A DNA stretch of 29,370 bases from IMG/VR virus record IMGVR_UViG_3300011264_000008, positions 1-29,370 of that record. One strand, written 5' to 3'. Of this stretch, positions 15,007-22,629 are shown in pieces. The notes beneath the pieces are model-generated. The model ran no database searches. It saw only the letters and a program-made list of their open reading frames with translations, and was not told the DNA's origin. This DNA comes from a virus. Taxonomy: Duplodnaviria; Caudoviricetes. The position numbers and the translations under genes were made by a program. Each line of letters starts with the position of its first letter. Within the stretch, counting starts at the first letter, position 1.

Positions 15007-16755
15007 ATGCCAGGCATGACACAACACGCCAGCGCGCCCGTCCGGCAGGCGTTTGACCTGCTAGCGGTCACGCCGCTGGATGGGCCGGATGATGGGCCGC
15101 GCGGGCGTTTCAGTGGCTACCTCGCCTGTTACACGCTCGATAGTCAGGGCGACATCATTGAGCGCGGCGCGTTCAGCAAGACGTTAGGCGAGATGCGCGC
15201 CCGGCAACAGAAGCGCGCTGGGACGCCGGGCGGGCGCTATCTCTTCCCCATCTTCTGGAATCATGACAGTGACAAGCCCATCGGCGGCTTTGTAGACGCC
15301 TATGAGGACAGCAACGGCCTCTACGTCACGGGTGAGTTTGACCTGGATACGGAGTTAGGCCACACGGCGTATTCAGCGACCATCAAGGGCTACGTTCCAG
15401 CCATGTCCATTGGCTACTTCCCCATCAAACGCGACTATGACCGCAACGGCTACCGCCATCTGAAAGAGGTGGCGTTATTCGAGGGGAGCGTGGTGAGCGT
15501 GCCAGCCAACCCGGACGCCATCATCATGGAGGTCAAGACCGCCACCGGCAAAGCCTCCTGGCCGCTGGGCGCGCGTGACACCGCCTGGGATAACGGCGCG
15601 GCGCACAAGCGCATCGTCGCCTGGGCTACGGACGCGCAAGGCGCGGTGAATACCGCCAAGCTGAAGAGCGTCCACTTCTATTCCCCCACGGGCGACGCCG
15701 CCAGCAATGTCAGCGCCTTCAAACTCCTCTTCTGTGACGTGGTAGGTGGCGAGGTCAAGGCCATGCCACGCGGCATCATGGCCTGCGCCGGGTCGCATGG
15801 CGTGGAGCACACGGACGGCATCAGCGCCGCCGAGGTGGACACCATCAAAAACAAGATTAGCGCCTACTATCGCAGGATGGCCGCTGAGTTCGATGATAAG
15901 AGCATTGTCGCGCCGTGGGACGCCAAGCCCAGCGGTAGCGGTGGAAAGGGTCAACGCATGCCACAGGGCAGCCACCGCCGCAAGGCGCTGGACTTCACCA
16001 CGGCGCTCCAGATGGTGAGCGCCGATGACAGCCTGCAAGATGAGTGGGGCGATAGCTTCCAAGCGTTTGTAGACGCCATGCACAGCGTCATGTGCCAGGG
16101 CGTCTACTCCACTATGCTCGCCATGCCCGCTGGCGTTGAAGATGAGCCTACCTTCGATGCGCAAGCCGCCGCTGAGACAGTGCTAGAGCAATTCAGCGCG
16201 CATATGAGCGACCTCGTGAAGCAATCGCTAGCGGCGTCGTTTGTGCCATCCCTTGATGATGATGGCGATAGCTTCCTAGACCCGGACGGCCCCAACGCCA
16301 GCGATAGCGACGGCGATGCGGGCTACATGAGCGCCGATACCAGCGATGCGGAAGTCAAGTCAGGCCGCATCATGAGCGCCGCCAACCACAAGGCGATGGG
16401 CGGCATGCTTGCCGACATGAAGAAGAGCATGGACGCGCTCGCCGCTACCCATAAATCACTGACCGCCTTTCACGCCAAGGTTGACCCCAACGCGAAGCCG
16501 GACGCCGCCACGACGGATGAGGGCGGCGACACCACTTCTAGCGGCGGCGGCGATGCCCCTGGCGGAAAGTCCCTCAATACGACGGCTGGCGACACGCCAG
16601 CGACCAGCGAAACCCTGACGGGAGCCGGAGCGCCGCCTACGGGCGTGAGCGTCACCACTCCGCTGACGGCAGACGAGATGGGCCGCTTGATCCGTGACCG
16701 CATGACCGCCGCGCGCCTGGCGCAAGCGGTAGGCCGCGCCACGGCTCAGGACTAA
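15007..16755 (+). CDS. HK97-family prohead maturation protease with long C-terminal extension
   Basis: FSGY...DSQGDIIERGAFSKTL, FWNHD, MSIGY, LFEGSVVSVPANPDA; TAAGGAGG RBS before ATG 15007. Confidence 0.92.
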   Translation: MPGMTQHASAPVRQAFDLLAVTPLDGPDDGPRGRFSGYLACYTLDSQGDIIERGAFSKTLGEMRARQQKRAGTPGGRYLFPIFWNHDSDKPIGGFVDAYEDSNGLYVTGEFDLDTELGHTAYSATIKGYVPAMSIGYFPIKRDYDRNGYRHLKEVALFEGSVVSVPANPDAIIMEVKTATGKASWPLGARDTAWDNGAAHKRIVAWATDAQGAVNTAKLKSVHFYSPTGDAASNVSAFKLLFCDVVGGEVKAMPRGIMACAGSHGVEHTDGISAAEVDTIKNKISAYYRRMAAEFDDKSIVAPWDAKPSGSGGKGQRMPQGSHRRKALDFTTALQMVSADDSLQDEWGDSFQAFVDAMHSVMCQGVYSTMLAMPAGVEDEPTFDAQAAAETVLEQFSAHMSDLVKQSLAASFVPSLDDDGDSFLDPDGPNASDSDGDAGYMSADTSDAEVKSGRIMSAANHKAMGGMLADMKKSMDALAATHKSLTAFHAKVDPNAKPDAATTDEGGDTTSSGGGDAPGGKSLNTTAGDTPATSETLTGAGAPPTGVSVTTPLTADEMGRLIRDRMTAARLAQAVGRATAQD

Positions 16756-16823
16756 GCGGACAGCACAGCAGTAGCGTAGTGACGCGCCGCCCCTCGTTGC
16801 GGCGCGTGAGGAGATGACACCCC

Positions 16824-18083
16824 GTGGTAGCACTGACCAAAGAAGACCGCGAAGAGATTGCGAGTCTCTTCGTTGGCGTGATGACCCCGCTCCTAGACGA
16901 GCGCGAGGCGGAAATCAAGAAGTCCGTTTCGGGCGAGTTCGATACGGCCATCCAGCGCCACATTGACGGCGTGAACAACCGTATCAGCGAGATCGAAACC
17001 AAGGGCAAGCGCCCGGCCAGCGCCAGCGGCGCGAGCGTGACCGCTGTTGAGAGCGAAGAGCGCGTGGCGGCGTTCAAGTCCTACCTGCGCCGGGGCTTCT
17101 TCGGCATGCCGCGTGAGCAGCGCGACCTGCTGGCGACGGCTGAGGGCCAGGATCGCGAGAGCCTTCAGGTCAAGGCGGCGCAGATTCGCGCCGAAACCAA
17201 GGCGTTCTCCATCGCGGATGACACGCTGGGCGGGTATTTCCTGCTGCCCGATGTCATCCAGAATGAGATCATCAAGGCGAGCATCCTGTTTAGCCCGGTG
17301 CGCTCCCTGGCGAAGGTGCAGCAGACGGGAAACAACACCGTCGAGATTCCGGTCAGGAAGACGACGCTCACGGCGGGCTGGGTCGCTGAGACCGGCACGC
17401 GCACGGAGTCTACCGGCCAGAGCTACGGTAAAGCGGTGATCGCCACCGCCGAGATGTACGCGCTGGTGTTGTTCAGCCGCCAGTTGCTTGAAGACGCCTG
17501 GTTTGACATGCAGGCGGAACTGACGGGCGACATCGCGGAACAGTTCGGCGTGCTTGAAGGCGCGGCGTTCGTCAATGGCGACGCGATGAACGGCAAGCCG
17601 CAGGGCTTCCTGGCCAACGTCACCAGCAATGTGCAGGCGGCGGCGACTTCCACCGCGATTGTCTATGCCGACATGGTGAAGACGTTCATGAAGCTCAAGC
17701 CCGCCTATCGCAACTCGCCTAATTGCAAGTGGGTGATGAATCAGGCGGTACTGAGCGCGGTGCGCCAGATCGTAGACGGCAATAGCCGCCCGATCTTCAT
17801 CCCCTACACCGATGGCGCGCTCTCAGCGGCCAACCCTGGCACAATCATGGGCGTTCCCTACGTTGAGGCCACGGACATGCCGAGCGCCATCAGCGGTACC
17901 AACCGCACGCTGGCCGTAGGCGACTTCAGCAAGGCGTACCGCTTCATCGACCGCGTACAGATGAGCGTCCAGCGCCTTGAAGAGCTGTACGCCGCCAGCG
18001 GTCAGGTGGGCCTACTTGTCCACAAGCGCGTGGGCGGCCAGCTCGTGCTGGAAGAAGCATTGAGCGTCCTTAAGCAGTCGTAG
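16824..18083 (+). CDS. major capsid protein, HK97 fold, with N-terminal delta domain
   Basis: GGYFLLP, AGWVAETG, SRQLLED, FVNGD...KPQGFL, WVMN, GDFSKAYRFIDR; GAGGAG RBS. Confidence 0.96.
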   Translation: MVALTKEDREEIASLFVGVMTPLLDEREAEIKKSVSGEFDTAIQRHIDGVNNRISEIETKGKRPASASGASVTAVESEERVAAFKSYLRRGFFGMPREQRDLLATAEGQDRESLQVKAAQIRAETKAFSIADDTLGGYFLLPDVIQNEIIKASILFSPVRSLAKVQQTGNNTVEIPVRKTTLTAGWVAETGTRTESTGQSYGKAVIATAEMYALVLFSRQLLEDAWFDMQAELTGDIAEQFGVLEGAAFVNGDAMNGKPQGFLANVTSNVQAAATSTAIVYADMVKTFMKLKPAYRNSPNCKWVMNQAVLSAVRQIVDGNSRPIFIPYTDGALSAANPGTIMGVPYVEATDMPSAISGTNRTLAVGDFSKAYRFIDRVQMSVQRLEELYAASGQVGLLVHKRVGGQLVLEEALSVLKQS

Positions 18084-18131
18084 CGCGCCGCCTAGCGGCC
18101 TGACTGTCCTGCTACCTGAGAACACACGCCG

Positions 18132-18174
18132 GTATGGCTGGCGGCTGTCACCTCTTGACGGTCGCTGGCCATGC
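18132..18174 (+). other. 19-bp RNA hairpin after the capsid gene (terminator-like or stabilising)
   Basis: GTATGGCTGGCGGCTGTCA-CCTCT-TGACGGTCGCTGGCCATGC pairs fully if five G-U pairs are allowed; no U-tract. Confidence 0.6.
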
Positions 18175-18193
18175 GTGGCGCGCGTAAGGAGAT

Positions 18194-18613
18194 ATGAACG
18201 TGGCGACACGAGACCTAGCCCACGCAATCAAGCCCGTCCAGGCGTTTGTGCCAGCGGCGAAGACCGCGACGGCCAACGGCCTGGACATTGACACCAGCAA
18301 CTTCGAGGCGGTGGATTTCGTGCTGAGCGCTGGTGTCATCACCGATGGCACGCACACCCCCAAGCTGCAAGAAGCCGATGACAACGGCTCCGGCGCGCCT
18401 GGCACGTATGCCGACGTGGCGGCGGCTGGCCTCATCGGCGCCTTCACCGCGCTCACGACCGGCGCGGGCAATGGCGGCAGCGCCGTTCAGGAAGTCGGCT
18501 ACATCGGTAGCAAGCGATGGGTGCGCATCGTGATGACCGTCTCTGGCGCGACCACGGGCGGCGTCTACGGCGCGGAGGCCATCCTGGGCCGCGCCCGCAA
18601 CATGCCCGCCTAG
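18194..18613 (+). CDS. probable capsid decoration/cement protein
   Basis: Directly after the capsid gene; beta-rich, KLQEADD and VGYIGSKRWVR motifs; AAGGAG RBS. Confidence 0.7.
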   Translation: MNVATRDLAHAIKPVQAFVPAAKTATANGLDIDTSNFEAVDFVLSAGVITDGTHTPKLQEADDNGSGAPGTYADVAAAGLIGAFTALTTGAGNGGSAVQEVGYIGSKRWVRIVMTVSGATTGGVYGAEAILGRARNMPA

Positions 18614-18632
18614 TCGCGTAGTCGTGTAGTCT

Positions 18633-18654
18633 GACTGGACTGGACTGGACTGGA
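18633..18654 (+). repeat. (GACTG)4 tandem repeat
   Basis: GACTGGACTGGACTGGACTGGA immediately before an AGGAG RBS. Confidence 0.85.
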
Positions 18655-18669
18655 TAGGAGTACCGGCTT

Positions 18670-19311
18670 ATGGCCCTCACCATCAAAACGACGGTGGAAC
18701 CGGCCATTGAGCCGGTCACTGTCCAGACGTTGAAACGCCATCTACGCATTGACTGGCAAGACGATGATGAGTACCTGGCTGACCTCATCACCGACGCGCG
18801 GCTGTGGCTAGAGCGCAAGCTGAATCGCGCGCTCATCACCCGCACGCTGCAAGCGACTTTCCCGCTGCCCTTTGAGGCGTCGGCGGCGGGCGGTATCAGC
18901 GGCGTCATCCCGCCCTACCCCCGCCTCGCCTTTGACCTGCCCTACGCCCCGCTTGGCGCGGTGTCCAGCGCGGAAATCGAGCAAGACATTGAGCTATGGA
19001 AGGCCATGACGCTGGCCCCGTCGGGCGGCGCGGGCGACTATCTGGTAGACAGCGATAACGAGCCTGCCCGCGTGTGGCTCCACTCGTCGGCGCTGGCCTA
19101 CTGGATGCCTAGCTGGGACTGGACGGGCGCGCGTGCGCCGCGCGTGCGCGTCACCTACACGGCGGGCTACGGCGCGACCACCGCCAGCGTCCCTGGCCCG
19201 ATGCGGCGCGCGATTCAGGCGGCGGCGGCGCATCTCTATGAAAACCGGGAGGCGGGAAGCGCGCTGCCTGACGCGCTCTTACCGACTGAGTACCTGCTAG
19301 GATGGCTCTAA
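18670..19311 (+). CDS. head-tail connector (HK97 gp6 / phiE125 gp8-like adaptor)
   Basis: EPVTVQTLKRHLRID...RALITRT...VTYTAGYG...AHLYENRE. Confidence 0.9.
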   Translation: MALTIKTTVEPAIEPVTVQTLKRHLRIDWQDDDEYLADLITDARLWLERKLNRALITRTLQATFPLPFEASAAGGISGVIPPYPRLAFDLPYAPLGAVSSAEIEQDIELWKAMTLAPSGGAGDYLVDSDNEPARVWLHSSALAYWMPSWDWTGARAPRVRVTYTAGYGATTASVPGPMRRAIQAAAAHLYENREAGSALPDALLPTEYLLGWL

Positions 19312-19505
19312 CCATGACGACAGAGAGTGAAAGCAAAGGCGGCAAACCTTCCACCGCCACGCCGAAAGATCGGCGCTTGTCTGAGAATCGTGGCAAGCCC
19401 GCGAAAGCGCCCGCCAAGCCCGCGAAAGCGCCCGCCAAGCCCGCGCCCAAGAAGCCGTTCCCTGGCGCGGCGGCTCCATTCAAGCCCAAGCCCAAGAAGG
19501 GCTAG
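19302..19505 (+). CDS. small Lys/Pro/Ala-rich basic protein
   Basis: KPAKAPAKPAKAPAKPAPKK encoded by 21-nt tandem repeats; start may be 19314. Confidence 0.55.
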   Translation: MALTMTTESESKGGKPSTATPKDRRLSENRGKPAKAPAKPAKAPAKPAPKKPFPGAAAPFKPKPKKG

Positions 19506-19517
19506 CGGAGGCGCGCT

Positions 19518-19898
19518 ATGGCTGGTAATGCTGGCAACACCGCTGGCGGCTCCTTCAAGCCCGTATCCGCCGGGTCATTGCGCCGCAAGTTGACCATACA
19601 GAAGTCTACGCAGGCGAGTGACGGCAAGCTCGGCCACACCAACGCGTGGTCAGACGTGCTCACCACGTGGGGCAGCGTGACCGCCAAGCAAAGTAGCGCC
19701 ATGCTGCAACTCCTGGCGGGTCAGCAGATGGCGCTCACGGCGTATGACATCATCATCCGCTACCCGCCATCGCTCACCATCCTGCCGGGTATGCGGGTGG
19801 TAGACGGCGCGCGTATCTATCATATCAGCAACGTCAACGACACCGACGAGCGCCACCGCATCATCCATCTGGCCTGTGTGCAAGCGCCCGCGACGTAG
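19518..19898 (+). CDS. head closure / head-tail adaptor (SPP1 gp16-like)
   Basis: AGSLRRKLTIQ...WSDVLTTWGSV...IIIRY...PGMRVV...YHI; GGAGG RBS. Confidence 0.88.
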   Translation: MAGNAGNTAGGSFKPVSAGSLRRKLTIQKSTQASDGKLGHTNAWSDVLTTWGSVTAKQSSAMLQLLAGQQMALTAYDIIIRYPPSLTILPGMRVVDGARIYHISNVNDTDERHRIIHLACVQAPAT

Positions 19899-19899
19899 G
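19870..19899 (+). repeat. 30-bp direct repeat, left copy
   Basis: TGGCCTGTGTGCAAGCGCCCGCGACGTAGG, the 3' end of the head-closure gene. Confidence 0.93.
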
Positions 19900-19925
19900 T
19901 AGGTGTAGGGGCGGTACGCTATTGT

Positions 19926-20033
19926 GGGGTGGAAGCTCTTAGCGAGAGCATACGCGACTGGTGAGTAGCCAGGCGACTGGACGCAAAATCCAGAACCAAT
20001 GCGTACGGGCAGGTGCAATTCCTGCACACCCCA
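19926..20033 (+). ncRNA. tRNA-like RNA with anticodon loop replaced by two hairpins
   Basis: Acceptor GGGGTG/CACCCC plus discriminator A, D-arm GCTC-TTAGCGA-GAGC, stem TACGC/GCGTA, T-arm GCAGG-TGCAATT-CCTGC. Confidence 0.75.
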
Positions 20034-20037
20034 CTTT

Positions 20038-20067
20038 TGGCCTGTGCGCAAGCGCCCGCGACGTAGG
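20038..20067 (+). repeat. 30-bp direct repeat, right copy
   Basis: TGGCCTGTGCGCAAGCGCCCGCGACGTAGG, 29/30 identical to 19870-19899. Confidence 0.93.
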
Positions 20068-20075
20068 AGGCTCAC

Positions 20076-20228
20076 ATGAAGCTCCCTGATTGGATCGAGA
20101 TCCTCCCCAACCAGCCAGGAGACGCCTACAACGTCATGCGTGTGCGGGTGCGCCGCTGGCATCCGGTGTTCTGGTACTACGCCGCGCGGATGTTCTGGCG
20201 CGCATGGCGTGAGGCGGGAAAGGCGTAA
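20076..20228 (+). CDS. small Trp/Arg-rich protein (50 aa)
   Basis: Read manually: MKLPDWIEILPNQPGDAYNVMRVRVRRWHPVFWYYAARMFWRAWREAGKA*; AGGAGG RBS. Confidence 0.7.
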   Translation: MKLPDWIEILPNQPGDAYNVMRVRVRRWHPVFWYYAARMFWRAWREAGKA

Positions 20229-20234
20229 CGCACT

Positions 20235-20669
20235 ATGGCTGAAGAGGTTATCAACCACTTTCCCCAGATCATTCAGGCGCTCCAGGAAGGCGCGAAGGTG
20301 GCCGTGCGGCAGGTGGCCTCACAGAACGTGCTCCCCGCCGCGCAAGCCAACTGCCCGGTGGATACCGGCGCGACGCAGGCCAGCGGCTACTATGTGGCGA
20401 GCGATGTGAGCACCTACGGGCAGGCGGTGGGCGCGGCGGAGGGCGCGGACGGCACGCGCGAGATGTTGCCAGAGGTCGCGCCGCCCGATAGTGAGACGGC
20501 GGCCATCGTGGCCTTCGCCGCTATCAACAGCATCTACGTCCATGACGGTACGCGCCGGATGCCTGCTAGGCCATTTTTGGCGCAGGCGGCGGAAGGCGCG
20601 CGGGGCGCGGTCGCACAGACGGTGGCGGATGTCATCAGCGCCGCCATTGAGGGCGCGGGTATCAAGTAA
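20235..20669 (+). CDS. HK97 gp10-family tail completion/neck protein
   Basis: AQANCPVDTG...YVHDGTRRMPARPFLAQA. Confidence 0.88.
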   Translation: MAEEVINHFPQIIQALQEGAKVAVRQVASQNVLPAAQANCPVDTGATQASGYYVASDVSTYGQAVGAAEGADGTREMLPEVAPPDSETAAIVAFAAINSIYVHDGTRRMPARPFLAQAAEGARGAVAQTVADVISAAIEGAGIK

Positions 20670-20689
20670 CGGCCAGTGGAGTAGTCGCC

Positions 20690-21094
20690 ATGTCGGAAAT
20701 CAGCGCCACGCTCCAATGGCTCAATACCGCGCTGGCCAGCGTGGGCGCGACCGGTGGCATCTATCGCGGCGCGGCCCCGGCGGGCGCGGTTGGCCCCTAC
20801 ATCGTGGTCACGCTCTACGGCCCCGCTGATGTGATGGGCGTGGCGGGCGCGCGACTGTGGGCCAATAATACCTGGCTCATCGAAGTGTGGGGCTTGAATG
20901 ACCAGGCGGATACCGTGGAAACCGTCGCCAGCGCCGTGGATACCGCGCTCCATCAAAAGCGCAACGTGGGCGTCACAGACGGCGTGATTGTGTCCAGCGT
21001 GCGTGAGCAAGCGCGCTTTGACTTCCAAGAGGACGGCAACCAGCTATGGGTACGGCAGGGCGGCGTCTACCGCATTGAGGCGAAAACCCCCTAG
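20690..21094 (+). CDS. tail terminator protein
   Basis: IYRGAAP...PYIVV...IEVW pattern; lies between gp10 and the tail tube. Confidence 0.75.
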   Translation: MSEISATLQWLNTALASVGATGGIYRGAAPAGAVGPYIVVTLYGPADVMGVAGARLWANNTWLIEVWGLNDQADTVETVASAVDTALHQKRNVGVTDGVIVSSVREQARFDFQEDGNQLWVRQGGVYRIEAKTP

Positions 21095-21165
21095 CGCCGC
21101 TCCTTCCACACACACACCAGCCGCGCGGGTAGCCGTCGCGGCGTTTCCGCATGAGGTAATGCCGC

Positions 21166-22452
21166 ATGACGACCATCTCCAGTAAGATCAATGTCCTTCA
21201 TCAGCTCGGCTGGGAAGCATCGCCCGGCGCGGGCGGCGCGACCGCCTACCGCATGCAATCCCTGGGCATCGAGCCGGGTGATGAGCTAGCGGTCAACGAG
21301 TTCACGGCGCAGGGCTACCGTGTGGATACGGTCAGCGCCATCAACCAGGCGTGGTCAACGCTGGCGGTGTCCGGCCCGGCGCTCTATACGGAGTTCCTCT
21401 TCGCGCTGGAAAACGCGCTCGGCACGGTTAGCCCGTCAACGCCAGCGGGCGCCGTCAACGCCCGCAAGCGCATCTACGACCTGCTGGCCACCGGAGCCAT
21501 CACGCCGCGCACCTGGACGGGCCAGTTTGGTGATAGCGCCGATAACGTCAACGCCTACTCCTACGGCCTGCTCACCGACATTGGCCTCAAGTACGACCGC
21601 AAGGCGGGCGTCACGCTGGACGGCGTCGCGGGTATCGCGCAGATCATCTCGACGGGGAGCGCCTTCACCGCCAGCCCCACGACGCTGGCCAACGTGCCAA
21701 TTCTCGGTTCACACGTCAACTACTATCTGGACACGACCGGCGCGAATCTCGGCACAACCCAACTCAGCGATGAAGTGCTGGACTTCGGTTGGTCAGTGAA
21801 GGGCTTGAAGGGCGCACGGTGGGTGAGCGACCGCTCACAGGCCAGCTTCAAGGGCCATGTGGACCTCAAAACGACATCAGGTATCAAACTGGCGCTGGCT
21901 GAGGACGCGACGACGCGTACGATTCTGAGCAACATGCGCAACGGCAATACCTACTTCCTACGCGCCAACGCACAGGGCCAGTACGTGGACAACCTCTACA
22001 CGCTCACCATCACGGGCGCGCCGACCGGCGGCACGTTCACGATCACCTACAAGAGTCAGACCACGGCGGGTATCGCGTACAACGCCGCCTCCGCCGCCGT
22101 CCAGACGGCGCTCACGGGCCTGTCCAGCGTGGGCGCGGGTAACGCCACCGTGACCGGCGGCGCGGGCGGGCCGTACACCATCACCTTCGCGGGCACGCTG
22201 GCGCAGGATACGACCGCGCCCACCGCCTCTGGCGCGGGCCTGACCGGCGGCACGTCGCCCAACGCGACCGTCGCCGCCAACCCGTTCTACTACCTGCTCA
22301 ACTGCGACATCGCCTTCCGCCTCAACAAGATCGCCAAGTACAGCGACCACGAGGGCGTATACATGCGCGAGATTGACGGCACGATAATATACGATGCCAC
22401 GTGGGGCCATACCCTCATGGTGACATCGCAGACGGGTATCGCCGCCCTCTAA
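21166..22452 (+). CDS. major tail (tube) protein with inserted accessory domain
   Basis: Synteny before the chaperones; N-terminal QLGWEASPG; internal TITGAPTGGTFTITY...IAYNAASAAVQTAL module. Confidence 0.82.
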   Translation: MTTISSKINVLHQLGWEASPGAGGATAYRMQSLGIEPGDELAVNEFTAQGYRVDTVSAINQAWSTLAVSGPALYTEFLFALENALGTVSPSTPAGAVNARKRIYDLLATGAITPRTWTGQFGDSADNVNAYSYGLLTDIGLKYDRKAGVTLDGVAGIAQIISTGSAFTASPTTLANVPILGSHVNYYLDTTGANLGTTQLSDEVLDFGWSVKGLKGARWVSDRSQASFKGHVDLKTTSGIKLALAEDATTRTILSNMRNGNTYFLRANAQGQYVDNLYTLTITGAPTGGTFTITYKSQTTAGIAYNAASAAVQTALTGLSSVGAGNATVTGGAGGPYTITFAGTLAQDTTAPTASGAGLTGGTSPNATVAANPFYYLLNCDIAFRLNKIAKYSDHEGVYMREIDGTIIYDATWGHTLMVTSQTGIAAL

Positions 22453-22495
22453 CCCCATCAACCCGCCGCTTCACAAAGTAAAGTGGCGCTAGAAC

Positions 22496-22597
22496 GCGCT
22501 GAGAAGCCCGCCAGCCATTTCGCGCCTAGCGAGCCGTTCACAACCGCGCAAGCGGCGTGACGGTCATCCTGGCGCGACTGGCGGGCTTCTCATGCGC
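22496..22597 (+). ncRNA. ~100-nt rod-like RNA hairpin between tail tube and chaperone genes
   Basis: TGAGAAGCCCGCCAG/CTGGCGGGCTTCTCA (15 bp perfect), TCGCGCC/GGCGCGA, apical CCGC-GCAA-GCGG GNRA tetraloop. Confidence 0.6.
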
Positions 22598-22629
22598 CGC
22601 TGGAAAGCCTGATAGCAGGATAAGACGTT

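Noticed and set aside
19926-20033. Canonical tRNA, intron-containing tRNA or tmRNA
   Set aside because: No U33-type 7-nt loop on the anticodon stem, a G-A mismatch at pair 7-66, T-loop TGC instead of TTC, no G3-U70 or tag ORF, and the insert is far too short for a group I intron.
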